Source of the DNA: an uncultured Sedimenticola sp.
Lineage (GTDB): Bacteria > Pseudomonadota > Gammaproteobacteria > Chromatiales > Chromatiaceae
Assembly: GCA_964404295.1 (NCBI GenBank)
Contig: CAYOJM010000020.1
Span: 44,002-108,001 of the forward strand
DNA length: 64,000 nt
Direction: 5' to 3'
Both the position numbers and the translations under genes were made by a program. Positions 41,272 to 51,072 of the stretch are shown piece by piece. Every line of letters starts with the position of its first letter. Positions within the stretch are counted from its first letter, which is position 1. The notes beneath the pieces were generated by a model. The model had not been told where the DNA came from. It worked only from the letters and a program-made list of their open reading frames with translations, and did no database searches.

Positions 41272-41613
41272 GAGATTCGTGTTTTCCGCTTTTCGCACCA
41301 AGCCGGCTCTCCTTCTAGAGAAACGGCCGAAACCATCAGGGGTTAAGGGTCATGCGCATTCATGCAGCCACCCCAAGGCTCAAACGCCCATTGGAGATCA
41401 ACCGAACCCTTGATGCAATGCTAAGACATCGCTCAAATAAACTAGTGCAAGTCATTGCAATAACGATGATTGTATAAAGCATTGCCGTTGATTTCCTTGC
41501 CCATGGAGAGGTGTTCGAGCTTGAACAGGTTCACAACTTGGGGCACCCTAGGCGGCCCCGTGTCATGTGAGGCGGAGGCGTGTGCACGCCCGCCGCCCGG
41601 AGGAAACGAGACC

Positions 41614-44600
41614 ATGGACCTCCAGCGCGCCCTTGGGCTGGGACCCGCCAGCCGCGATCCCGAAAAAGAACGAGAAAAGCTCCATCTCTACATCAACCTC
41701 AAGCTGGCCTCCTCCGGCCAGCCCATCTGTCTCGACGGCGCCTCGGCCGACTTTTTGGAAACGGCGCAAGATCTGTTGCGCACCTACCGGGAAAAGAACC
41801 GGCTGCTGGCGGACTACCGCTGCCCGGCCGACCGCCGTATCGAAGCCTTCCTGCGGGATTATCTGGCCGATCTCGGCACGCCGATCCCCAGATTGCCCGC
41901 CAGCACTTTCGTCCTGGATCGCCACGGGGTGGCGCGGGAGCTCTCCTTGCCCATGGGCAAGGATGAATTCAAATCGGAGATCGTCTCCAGCTACCGGGTG
42001 AAACAAGGGGTGTTGCACAACCCCGCTTCGGACCGACGCACCACCAAAGGTTCCTTCCACATCGCGGAAGGCGGCCTGCCCATTCCCGGCGATAAGAAAG
42101 CGGTGCCCAAAGCCACCTTCGCCGCCATGCTCCGTCATGCCCTCAATCCGCCAGACGATCTTCTGGTGCTCCCTTTCACCGCCGCCCAGCCTGAACCGGC
42201 ACGCATGTTCGTCTCGCTGCTGCTGCGCCCCGTGGTCTGCCCGGAGATCCCCGGAGTGGAGCCGGAGAAGAGCATGGAAATCCGCTTCTTCGCGCCGGGC
42301 AACCTGGTGAGCAACCTCGACTTCGTGGAAAGCATCTTCGGCAACGGCGGCAACCCCTACTTGCCCAAGTTCGACGCCGCCCTGGATGTAGAGCATTGGA
42401 CCGGCCACACCGGTTGCGTGATCCTGGCGCCGCATCTGGTGAATCTCACCAAGAAAGAGGTGGGCCTGCCCCATTGGGATCAGGCCACCGAACGCCAGCG
42501 ACGCGACGGCATGTGCTGGAAAGAGGAAAACGAGCGTTACAACGACGGCCTGGCGTTCAAAGTCACCGCCCGCGACGAACGCGGCGTCATCGTCACCCTC
42601 ATCGCCGACAACTACTACGGCTACTGCAAGAAAGAGGTCAAGACCCAGATCGGCTACGCCGCCAACCTCTATGGGCTCGCGGAAGAAGAGCACGCGGGCG
42701 GCGCGCTGGCCTTCCCCCGCCGCAACCACGGAGAGGAGTACGGCGTGGACAGCCGCACCCGCGATCCCAACTACTCCTTCGAGGAAGTGGTGGAGCGCTA
42801 CGGCGAGATCATGGAGGTGCAACCCGAGGGCTACGGCATCGACAAGCGCTTCCCCGAGGTGATCTACGTGCCCCAGGACCTGCGCATGGACCTGAACCGT
42901 CAGACCATCACCTGGATCAAGGACGGCGTCAAGCAGAAGATCCGCCTGCAACCGGGCAAGATCTACATTCAGCCCAACGGCTACAAGATCGAGATGAAAA
43001 AGCATCCCGGCGCCCCCTCCTGGCGGCTGGTGGGCACCGATCCCGAAGGGGTGTTGTGCCACAAGCCCAGCACCGTCTCCGGCGGCGGCAAGTCGGAGAT
43101 CTCCAAGTCCCTCAACGACGCCGTCATCTACTCGCCCCTCTTCGTGGACGACCTGCAGGCCGATCTGGACCGGGTACAGGAGATCTTCGACCGCGACTAC
43201 ACCAACCGATTCAAACCCGGCCACGAACACGAAGACCGCGACCCCACGCGCAAGCCGCTGAGCGAAGAGCGGAGCCTGGGTTCCGTGATCAAGCTGCTCA
43301 CCCCTTCGTCCAGCTACACCGACGAATACAACGCCTGGTTGGAATCGATCCCGCCGCGCATCCTCGCTCTGGCGCTCATGATCAAACGTTTCTACCGCCC
43401 GGAGTGGGGCGACGACTGGCGCGAACACCTGAGCGTGGACGTGGTGGACGGCGCGCCGGGGCACGAGCTCAAGCTCCACGACCGCAAGGTCATCGCCTCT
43501 TATTTGCGCATGGGCTTCGACCGCAACAACAAGTGGCGGGTGTTCAAGGTGCGGCAGGACTTCATCGCCGCCGAAAAGATCCAGGTCGAAGACGACATCA
43601 CCGCGTCCATCGTGATCCCGGCGAGCCGGCTGGCCCATTGCCGGCCGGAAGAGGCCGACAACCCCAACAGCGTGAAGCTGGTGCACAACTGCGAATACCG
43701 CCTGTTCCAGCGGCCGGACGACGCCATCATTCCCGGCTACGACAAACAGGCGGAAAAGGACATCGCCTCCGACGGCAACTTCCTGGCCAACTACGAACCG
43801 CTCAAGGGGGAAAAGCTGGCCGAGGTGGTGGAGGACGTGATGACCTTCTGCAACTTCACCGAGCCCATGCGCAAACGGCTCCAGGAGGCCTATGAAGCGG
43901 GCGACGGTTATGTGGTCTCCTCGGCCCACCCCCGGCTGGTGGACGGCAAGCCTTCGAAAAACCCACGTTATCTGCAGACCCGACCCGATCTGGTGAATCC
44001 GGTCCGTCGATACGTGGCCGAGATCGGCGCCCGCTTCCACCGCAAGCTGCCGCTGGACCGTCCGGTGTGCCAGCCGGTGGACGCGGTGTTGGCGGGGCGG
44101 CGCAACAACCCCCCTGAGCCCGGCATCCGCCCTTTGTCGGTGTACAACCCCATCCACTACCAGGAGTTGCCGGAACTGTTCATGGATTTCATCTGCTCCC
44201 TCACGGGTAAATCGCCGAGCACCACCGGCGCCGGCAGCGAGGGTGCGCTCACCAAGGGACCGTTCAACGCTCTGCGCCCAACGGCCGACCTCAACAACGC
44301 GCTGGTTTCCTTCATCCTGACGGGACACGCCGGCTTCTCCAGTTCCGCGGGTTTCATCGGTCCCTACGTGCGTGTGGACCACGACGTGAGCCTGCTCATT
44401 CCGGAGATCTGGGCCCGTCTGGATCCGAGCCAGCGTGATCCGAGGACGCTCATCGAACAGGGTTACCTGGAGCCGCTGGAAGACTTCGAGCACAACGGCC
44501 GGAAAGTGTTGGCCAGCCGTCTGGGCTACCGCATCACCGACCGCTTCGTGCACGGGTTCATGGGCAAGATCTTCGACAACCCCAGCCAGGTCTTCACCGA

Positions 44601-45117
44601 GGAGATCCTCAAGCCCGAGCTGCAGGATCTGGAGGTTTTCGTGGACGGCGTGAACAACATCGTAGAGGCCCAGCGCAAGGTGGCCCAGCGCTACCTGGAC
44701 GACGGCAGCGTGGAAGAGGCCTGTCCGCCCCTGCGCGCCCTGCTCTACATCATGGCCACTGGAACCTACGAGGGCAAAGACGTCCACCACCCCGAAATCC
44801 GGGCCATGTTCACCCGCGAGTACCTGCTCCAGTCCGACTGGTATCGACGGCGCCTGGAGGTGAAGCAGGCGCGGGACATCGCCCTTTGGGAACGGCACAT
44901 CGAGTCGCTGGAAAACTTCCTCGCCCAACCCGGTTACGAAGACGAAGCGGCGCGGCTGAACATCGCCGACCGATTGGAAAAGGCCCGCAAGCGGCTGGAA
45001 CGGGTGAAAAGCCGGGCGTATCTGGAGAGCCTGGTGGGCACCATCGGCGCCGACCCGTTGCAGCCCCAGGAACATGCCGGGTTGAGCCAATCCGAACCGC
45101 CGCGCAAAGTGGCTTGA
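41614..45117 (+). CDS. PPi-dependent phosphoenolpyruvate carboxykinase (PEP carboxytransphosphorylase)
   Basis: About 1167 aa; HNPASDRRTTKGSFH, ADNYYGYCKKEVK, CHKPSTVSGGGKSEISK, NCEYRLFQRPDDAI and GKSPSTTGAGSEGALTK match my recollection of the Entamoeba/Propionibacterium PPi-PEPCK family; SD GGAGGA. Confidence 0.82.
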   Translation: MDLQRALGLGPASRDPEKEREKLHLYINLKLASSGQPICLDGASADFLETAQDLLRTYREKNRLLADYRCPADRRIEAFLRDYLADLGTPIPRLPASTFVLDRHGVARELSLPMGKDEFKSEIVSSYRVKQGVLHNPASDRRTTKGSFHIAEGGLPIPGDKKAVPKATFAAMLRHALNPPDDLLVLPFTAAQPEPARMFVSLLLRPVVCPEIPGVEPEKSMEIRFFAPGNLVSNLDFVESIFGNGGNPYLPKFDAALDVEHWTGHTGCVILAPHLVNLTKKEVGLPHWDQATERQRRDGMCWKEENERYNDGLAFKVTARDERGVIVTLIADNYYGYCKKEVKTQIGYAANLYGLAEEEHAGGALAFPRRNHGEEYGVDSRTRDPNYSFEEVVERYGEIMEVQPEGYGIDKRFPEVIYVPQDLRMDLNRQTITWIKDGVKQKIRLQPGKIYIQPNGYKIEMKKHPGAPSWRLVGTDPEGVLCHKPSTVSGGGKSEISKSLNDAVIYSPLFVDDLQADLDRVQEIFDRDYTNRFKPGHEHEDRDPTRKPLSEERSLGSVIKLLTPSSSYTDEYNAWLESIPPRILALALMIKRFYRPEWGDDWREHLSVDVVDGAPGHELKLHDRKVIASYLRMGFDRNNKWRVFKVRQDFIAAEKIQVEDDITASIVIPASRLAHCRPEEADNPNSVKLVHNCEYRLFQRPDDAIIPGYDKQAEKDIASDGNFLANYEPLKGEKLAEVVEDVMTFCNFTEPMRKRLQEAYEAGDGYVVSSAHPRLVDGKPSKNPRYLQTRPDLVNPVRRYVAEIGARFHRKLPLDRPVCQPVDAVLAGRRNNPPEPGIRPLSVYNPIHYQELPELFMDFICSLTGKSPSTTGAGSEGALTKGPFNALRPTADLNNALVSFILTGHAGFSSSAGFIGPYVRVDHDVSLLIPEIWARLDPSQRDPRTLIEQGYLEPLEDFEHNGRKVLASRLGYRITDRFVHGFMGKIFDNPSQVFTEEILKPELQDLEVFVDGVNNIVEAQRKVAQRYLDDGSVEEACPPLRALLYIMATGTYEGKDVHHPEIRAMFTREYLLQSDWYRRRLEVKQARDIALWERHIESLENFLAQPGYEDEAARLNIADRLEKARKRLERVKSRAYLESLVGTIGADPLQPQEHAGLSQSEPPRKVA

Positions 45118-45154
45118 CGGGGGAAACCCCAACGGCTCGGCGACCGGCGCTGTT

Positions 45155-46705
45155 TCAGCGCTCCCGCGAGAGCCGCCGGCCGATTCGCGCCGTATCCAGC
45201 GCCTGCGTGGTGTCCACCACCACCGCCACCGCGCGCTCCGTTTCGTCCAGGGGCCGCGCCCTCTCGAGCTGACGCGCCAGCACGGCGAGGTCGGCTTCGG
45301 AGGGATCTCCACCCCGCTCCGCCCGCTCGGCCACCCGCCGGCGCAACACCGGCTCGGGAGCGGTGCAAGAGAGGATGCGAAAACGGGCGCCGGCACGCTC
45401 CGCCAGGCGCCGGAACGCCGTCCGCTGCCCGCTCTCCAGGAAGGTGGCATCCACCACCAGGCTGCGACCGTCCGACAACAACGATTCTGCAAGCTCGGCC
45501 AGCCGTTCGTAGGTGCGCCGCGTCGCCTCCGGCGTATAGATACCGGCCTCCACCGCGGAACCTGAATCGGCGTCGGGCGCAAGGCCGAAGAGTCGCTTGC
45601 GCTCCACGTCCGAACGCAGATGGATCCATCCCATCTCCTGGGCCAACCGCCGCGCGAGCCGGCTCTTGCCGCTGCCGGAAACACCGTGCGTGATGATCAA
45701 TACGGGCCGCTTCGCGGCGGGCTCCAGAAACGCCTCGGCCAGCGCCATGTGGCTTTCGAACGCCGCCTTGGACGCCTCGGCCGCCTCTGTCTCGCCTTGC
45801 TGCGCACAGCGGATGGCCGCCACCTTGGCCCGAACCATGGCCCGGTACGATTGATAGAACGGCAACAAGGCGACCGCCTCAAAGTCTCCGGTCCACTCCA
45901 GATAGCGGTTCAGAAAGCGCCATCCCAAACGGCTCAGGCCACGCCCCTCGAGATCCATGAGAAGAAAGGCGACATCGTTGGCCACATCGATCCAGCGCAG
46001 ATCGGGATCGAACTCGATGGCATCGAACAGCAGCATCTTGCCTTCGACCCAAGCGATGTTGCCCAGATGCAGGTCACCGTGGCACTCCCTTATCCAGCCG
46101 CCCGCCTTACGCGCCGCCAATCTGGGCCGCAACGCCTCGAAGGCCGCCCGCGAGGCCGCTTTCACCTTCTCCAGGCGCGCCCGCGCCCATACGAAACGGG
46201 GCAACGAGAGGATCTGGTCGAAGTTCTGCCCCATCGGCGACCACACGCGCTCCGGTTCCCCCCAGGACGCCTCACGGGTTGCCGGTTCCAGGGCTGCATG
46301 GAAAGCCGCCACGGTATCGGCCAACGCGTCCATGTGCCGAAATTCGAGTTGCATCCGGTCGAGTTGGCCGGCGGGATCGAAACGCCGCATCTTCACTGCG
46401 TACTCGACCACTTCGCCCTCGCCTTCCACCGCGTACGTGCCGTCGGAAAGACGCGCGATGGGCACCCGCGCCAGATAGAGCTCAGGGGCCGTGCGCCGAT
46501 TCAACCGCAGCTCCTCACCACAATAGAAACGCCGCTTTTCCAAGGTGGAGAAGTTCAAAAACCCCAGATCCACCGCTTTCTTCACCTTGTAGGCGAACGC
46601 CCCCACCAGAAACACGTGGGAGATGTGGGTTTCGATGTGTTCCACTCGCGCCACCGACACCGGCCAGGCCCGCGGGTCGAGCAACGCGTTCACCAAAGAG
46701 GTCAT
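45155..46705 (-). CDS. Bifunctional aminoglycoside phosphotransferase-like / AAA kinase protein
   Basis: IETHISHVFL, ELRLNRR, IRECHGDLHLGNI, FDAIEF, then P-loop GVSGSGKS and RSDVERKRL. Confidence 0.9.
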   Translation of the reverse strand: MTSLVNALLDPRAWPVSVARVEHIETHISHVFLVGAFAYKVKKAVDLGFLNFSTLEKRRFYCGEELRLNRRTAPELYLARVPIARLSDGTYAVEGEGEVVEYAVKMRRFDPAGQLDRMQLEFRHMDALADTVAAFHAALEPATREASWGEPERVWSPMGQNFDQILSLPRFVWARARLEKVKAASRAAFEALRPRLAARKAGGWIRECHGDLHLGNIAWVEGKMLLFDAIEFDPDLRWIDVANDVAFLLMDLEGRGLSRLGWRFLNRYLEWTGDFEAVALLPFYQSYRAMVRAKVAAIRCAQQGETEAAEASKAAFESHMALAEAFLEPAAKRPVLIITHGVSGSGKSRLARRLAQEMGWIHLRSDVERKRLFGLAPDADSGSAVEAGIYTPEATRRTYERLAELAESLLSDGRSLVVDATFLESGQRTAFRRLAERAGARFRILSCTAPEPVLRRRVAERAERGGDPSEADLAVLARQLERARPLDETERAVAVVVDTTQALDTARIGRRLSRER

Positions 46706-46721
46706 GGCCCGCCTCCAATGT

Positions 46722-46756
46722 GTGCCATGTAGCACAGGAACAGTGCCATATGGCAC
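46722..46756. promoter_or_regulatory. Tandem palindromes (candidate activator binding sites)
   Basis: GTGCCATGTAGCAC (46722-46735) and perfect GTGCCATATGGCAC (46743-46756), 21 bp apart. Confidence 0.65.
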
Positions 46757-46821
46757 GACTCCAAGACGCCGCGGAACATGGGTTCCATGGCAACTGTTTG
46801 TTTCAGCTCGATTTTCATATC

Positions 46822-46836
46822 AGGCATAAGAATTGC
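46822..46836 (+). promoter_or_regulatory. Sigma-54 promoter of the TonB-dependent receptor
   Basis: AGGCATAAGAATTGC, GG-N10-GC, about 35 bp before the ATG. Confidence 0.65.
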
Positions 46837-46870
46837 CTCATATACTGAAATTCCACAGCCTGAGGAGACA

Positions 46871-48898
46871 ATGATGAAAAGAAAACCGCTGGCGCCCGTC
46901 ATCGTGCTCGCCACCTTCTCCGCCTTGAACGCAGCCGCCGAAGAGGCGGAAGAGATGTCGCCCCTGGTGGTCGAAGGGAACCGCATCGCCGACGTGAGCG
47001 GCACCCAGGTCAAATCGGCCGATCTGGCCGAAGCGCTGTTTCGGAACATGGCCAACGTCTCCCTGGTTCGCCGCAGCGGCATCGCCAACGACATCATCCT
47101 CCGCGGGCAGAAAAAGGACAACATCAACATTCTGGTGGACGGCGCCAAGATATACGGCGCTTGTCCCAACCGGATGGACCCCCCGACCTCCCACATCCTC
47201 ACCAACAACGTGGAAGCGGTCGAGGTGACCGAGGGCCCCTACGACGTGGAAAACTTCGGGACCCTCAGCGGCGCCGTGAAAGTGACCACCAAAGAACCCG
47301 AAGCCGGTTTCCACGGCGACTTCAGTCTCAACCTGGGAAGCTGGAACTACTGGAAAGCGGCCGCCACCTTGAGCGGCGGCACCGATCGGGTGCGCGCGCT
47401 GGTGAGCGTTTCCCATGAGGAGAGTGACCAGTACGAGGATGGCGACGGCAACGATTTCGTCGAACAGATGAAGGCCAACCGGGTCTCATCCATGACCCTG
47501 TACAAAACCGAATACGAGGACCGCAAGGCGTACGAGAAAGAGACCTTCATGGGCAAGCTGATCTTCGACATCACCGAGAACCAGCAATTCAAGATCAGTT
47601 ACACCGCCAACCGAAGCGACGATGTCCTCTATCCGTCCAGCAAGATGGACGCCCTTTACGACGACTCCGACATCTGGACCCTGGACTACCGGGTCGAAAA
47701 TCTCGGCGCCTGGTCCAAGTCCTTGGAGCTGAGTTATTACAACTCCAAGGTGGATCACCCCATGTCCACCTATTACCGCAACTCGTCGGGCCCGAACTCG
47801 GCCAACGAAAGGGTGAGTCACCTGGAAAGCAGCATCTGGGGCTTCAGGTTGAAAAACACCATGGATCTGGGTGCCGCCGCCGAGCTGCGCTATGGCATCG
47901 ACACCAGCCGACGCAACTGGGACGGCACCTATGAAGGCTCGGGCATGAACGCCATGATCACCGGGCTGAAAAGCATCGACGACGTGGACACCGACAACAT
48001 CGGGGTGTTCGTCGAATATGAAGGCACCTTCGATGAGTTCGTTCTCCAGTTGGGCGCCCGTTACGACGACACCCACATCGAGCCCAACACCGGCACCCTT
48101 CCCGACAACGATTATTCCAGCTTCAGCGCTTATGCCTTCGGCACCTGGGGGCTGAACGAAACCACCCGCATCTTCGGCGGCGTGGGCCGTTCCCATCGCG
48201 TCCCGGACGCGCGGGAACTCTATTTCCGCACCGCGCCCATGATGACCATGCCGGCCATGCAGGTGGGCAACCCCGACCTGGATCAGACCCGCAACACCGA
48301 AATCGATCTGGGCGTGGAGCTGGAGAGCGACACCCTCTACCTGCGAGCCAAAGTGTTCTACAGCTGGCTGGGCGATTTCATCTTCTACAACGACAGCAAA
48401 CGGATGCACCGCTTCGAGAACATGGACGCCACCCTGTGGGGTTTCTCGCTGGACGGCAGTTGGTATCTCACCGAGACCCTGTGGGCCGATTTCGGTCTCG
48501 CCTATCAACGAGGTGAGAAAGACGATCCCCTCTCCGGTCAGACCGACACCGATATGCCCGAGATCCCGCCTCTGAAGGGCAATCTGGCGCTGAACTGGCA
48601 GTATCTGCCCGCCGGAGTGGCCCGTGCCGAGCTGATCGCTTCCGACGCATGGAGCCGTTTCGACGCCGACAACGGGGAGCAGGCCCTCTCTGGATGGGCC
48701 ATTCTGAACCTCAATGTGCGCCACCGGCTCACCGACCGCATCGAGATCATCGGCGGCGTCGACAACGTCTTCGACAAGACCTACGCGGTCAGCAACACCT
48801 ACAAGGATTTGACCCTGCTCACCACCGGCGGCGGCGAGGTGATGTTGCTCAACGAACCGGGACGCTACTTCTACATCAACGCCGCCTACACCTTCTGA
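46871..48898 (+). CDS. TonB-dependent receptor, OprC/NosA-like copper transporter
   Basis: SD GAGGAG; signal peptide; plug motif GACPNRMDPP (CxxxM), DHPM (HxM), Met-rich loop APMMTMPAM; C-terminal NEPGR...YTF. Confidence 0.85.
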   Translation: MMKRKPLAPVIVLATFSALNAAAEEAEEMSPLVVEGNRIADVSGTQVKSADLAEALFRNMANVSLVRRSGIANDIILRGQKKDNINILVDGAKIYGACPNRMDPPTSHILTNNVEAVEVTEGPYDVENFGTLSGAVKVTTKEPEAGFHGDFSLNLGSWNYWKAAATLSGGTDRVRALVSVSHEESDQYEDGDGNDFVEQMKANRVSSMTLYKTEYEDRKAYEKETFMGKLIFDITENQQFKISYTANRSDDVLYPSSKMDALYDDSDIWTLDYRVENLGAWSKSLELSYYNSKVDHPMSTYYRNSSGPNSANERVSHLESSIWGFRLKNTMDLGAAAELRYGIDTSRRNWDGTYEGSGMNAMITGLKSIDDVDTDNIGVFVEYEGTFDEFVLQLGARYDDTHIEPNTGTLPDNDYSSFSAYAFGTWGLNETTRIFGGVGRSHRVPDARELYFRTAPMMTMPAMQVGNPDLDQTRNTEIDLGVELESDTLYLRAKVFYSWLGDFIFYNDSKRMHRFENMDATLWGFSLDGSWYLTETLWADFGLAYQRGEKDDPLSGQTDTDMPEIPPLKGNLALNWQYLPAGVARAELIASDAWSRFDADNGEQALSGWAILNLNVRHRLTDRIEIIGGVDNVFDKTYAVSNTYKDLTLLTTGGGEVMLLNEPGRYFYINAAYTF

Positions 48899-48926
48899 GC
48901 ACTGAAAACCGCCTCCCAAGGCAGAC

Positions 48927-48958
48927 GGGACCCGGGCGCCGCCCGGGTCTCTTTTTTT
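48927..48958 (+). terminator. Rho-independent terminator after the TonB receptor gene
   Basis: GACCCGGGC-gcc-GCCCGGGTC followed by TCTTTTTTT. Confidence 0.85.
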
Positions 48959-49039
48959 GGTTCATGGCACGCCCGGGGAACGGCGACACCACCCGATCGG
49001 ACGAGGCGGCCACATCCGCCCCTCTCCCAACCGCGCGGG

Positions 49040-49771
49040 TCAATGGGCGTCGCGAAAGGAAGGATGGTGCAGCCAGACGCAGCGGCCGCCGCTCGCTTGC
49101 TCCACTTTTTCCAAGCCCGCCTCGTGCGCGGCCAACTCTTCCGGGGTGGGACGCACCACCACCAGGGGCGGCCGATCGGCACCCAGACGACGGATGGCCG
49201 CCGTTTCTCCCTCTCCCTCGCCGCGCTCTTCCGCCTCCAGGGAGAGGGCCGACTGCCCGCCGGTCATGGCCAGATAGACTTCGGCCAGGATCTCGGCGTC
49301 GAGCAACGCGCCGTGCTTCTCCCGATGGGTGTTGTCCACGTCGTAGCGGGCGCACAAGGCATCCAGACTGTTGCGCTGCCCCGGATGTTTCCGCCGCGCC
49401 ATCTCCAGGGTGTCGACGATGGTGCAGTAGTGCTCCAAGGGCTCCCATCCATCCAACCGGGCCAACTCGGCGTTGATGAAACCCACATCGAATGGAGCAT
49501 TGTGGATGATCAGCTCGGCGCCTCGAACGTAGTCGATGAAATCGGCCACGATATCGGCGAAGCGGGGCTTGTCGGCCAGGAATTCGTTGGTGATGCCGTG
49601 AACCTCCACGGCCCCATCGTCGATCCGGCGGTCCGGCTGCAGATACTGGTGGAAGTCGTTTCCGGTGAGGCGACGGTCCACCAACTCCACACAACCGATT
49701 TCGATGATGCGGTGCCCCTGCGCCGGTTCCAGGCCGGTGGTCTCCGTATCCAAGACGATTTGCCGTTTCAC
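49040..49771 (-). CDS. dnaQ: DNA polymerase III epsilon subunit
   Basis: LDTETTG, HNAPFD and HGALLDA exonuclease motifs. Confidence 0.97.
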   Translation of the reverse strand: MKRQIVLDTETTGLEPAQGHRIIEIGCVELVDRRLTGNDFHQYLQPDRRIDDGAVEVHGITNEFLADKPRFADIVADFIDYVRGAELIIHNAPFDVGFINAELARLDGWEPLEHYCTIVDTLEMARRKHPGQRNSLDALCARYDVDNTHREKHGALLDAEILAEVYLAMTGGQSALSLEAEERGEGEGETAAIRRLGADRPPLVVVRPTPEELAAHEAGLEKVEQASGGRCVWLHHPSFRDAH

Positions 49772-50211
49772 GATGTCAGCTCCCCGATGGCGCGGTTGGC
49801 CAAGGCGTCCACCCGCTCATTTTCGGGATGGCCGCTGTGTCCGCGGACCCATTCCCACTCCACGCGGTGGCGGTTCACCAGCCGGTCCAGCTCTTGCCAA
49901 AGGTCGGCGTTCTTCACCGGCTTCTTGTCCGCCGTACGCCAACCGTTGCGTTTCCAATTGTGGATCCACCGCTCCATGCCGTTCTTGACGTATTGGGAAT
50001 CGGTGACGATGCGCACCCGGCTGGGCCGCTTGAGGGCTTTGAGCCCTTCGATGACCGCTTTGAGTTCCATGCGATTGTTGGTGGTGTGAGGCTCACCACC
50101 CCGCAAGGTTTTCTCCACCCCTTTGTAGCGCAACAGGGCGCCCCAACCGCCGGGACCCGGATTGCCTTTGCAAGCGCCGTCGGTGAACAACCACACCGGT
50201 TCATCCGCCAC
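49768..50211 (-). CDS. rnhA: Ribonuclease HI
   Basis: [27 protein letters not shown] and [15 protein letters not shown]. Confidence 0.97.
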   Translation of the reverse strand: MADEPVWLFTDGACKGNPGPGGWGALLRYKGVEKTLRGGEPHTTNNRMELKAVIEGLKALKRPSRVRIVTDSQYVKNGMERWIHNWKRNGWRTADKKPVKNADLWQELDRLVNRHRVEWEWVRGHSGHPENERVDALANRAIGELTS

Positions 50212-50980
50212 GGCCGCCCTCCCCCTCCCGGACCGCGCGCGCCACCGGCTCCACCACCGACTGACGCAGCTTGCGCTGCAATCGCCAACGCGGGCGGATG
50301 GGGGTCAACGTCGAGACCCGCTTCACCGCCACGATCACGTAGACGCCGGCCAGCCAGGGCCAGTAACGGGCGCCCCACCGTTCCATGACCTGGACCCGCC
50401 GCATGAGAAACGCCCGTTTCCAGGGCGGCCGGAACAGCAGCGTATGGGCCTGCGCCACGTCGAAACCGAGCAGCGAGAGCCAATCCTCCACCTGGGAGAA
50501 AGAGAGAAAATGTCCTCGCCAGGGAAGGCGCCGGGCGGCGCCGGGCATGGCCCGCCACAGCCCCCACAGGCTCCAAGGATTGAATCCGGTGATCACCACC
50601 TTGCCTTCCGGAATGAGCACCCGTTCCACCTCTCGCAGCACCTGCCGCGGGTCCTGGGCGAAATCGAGCGTGTGCGGCAGGATCACCGCGTCGATGTAAT
50701 CCGTCGCCACCGGCAGCCGTTCCGGCCGCGCCACCACCCCGCCGCCGGCGTCCGCGCACGCACTGACCCTAAATCGCCGGCGAATGGGGCATTCCGCAAG
50801 GTAGTCCTCCCGGCCGCAGAGAAAGCTCACTTCGAGCAGGTAGTATCCGAACAGGCGGGAGGCGATGGCCGCAAGCCGTGCCTGTTCCTGCGCCAGCACC
50901 AGAGCCCCCAGGTCGGTGTGAAACCACCTGTCCAGGGCCGCCGCCAGGGATTCGTCCAGCACCGGTCTCATCCGCGCCAT
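50201..50980 (-). CDS. Class I SAM-dependent methyltransferase-like protein (YafS-like)
   Basis: [23 protein letters not shown] and GFNPWSLWG motifs; position next to rnhA. Confidence 0.88.
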   Translation of the reverse strand: MARMRPVLDESLAAALDRWFHTDLGALVLAQEQARLAAIASRLFGYYLLEVSFLCGREDYLAECPIRRRFRVSACADAGGGVVARPERLPVATDYIDAVILPHTLDFAQDPRQVLREVERVLIPEGKVVITGFNPWSLWGLWRAMPGAARRLPWRGHFLSFSQVEDWLSLLGFDVAQAHTLLFRPPWKRAFLMRRVQVMERWGARYWPWLAGVYVIVAVKRVSTLTPIRPRWRLQRKLRQSVVEPVARAVREGEGGRGG

Positions 50981-51072
50981 TGTATCGGAAAGCGGACGCC
51001 TGGAGCGGTGGCGGCGTCGAACGCGATACCGTATAGTTGGCGGGTGCTGTATCCCCTGTCCTCATGGCCCAC

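Noticed and set aside
41563-45684. 1373-aa minus-strand ORF, and similar long antisense ORFs over nifJ, ygiQ, hao, the antiporter and the M3 peptidase
   Set aside because: Mirror frames of well-supported genes on the opposite strand
45155-46705. Aminoglycoside resistance gene
   Set aside because: It is the widespread chromosomal APH-like/AAA kinase fusion; no evidence of a resistance function or mobile context
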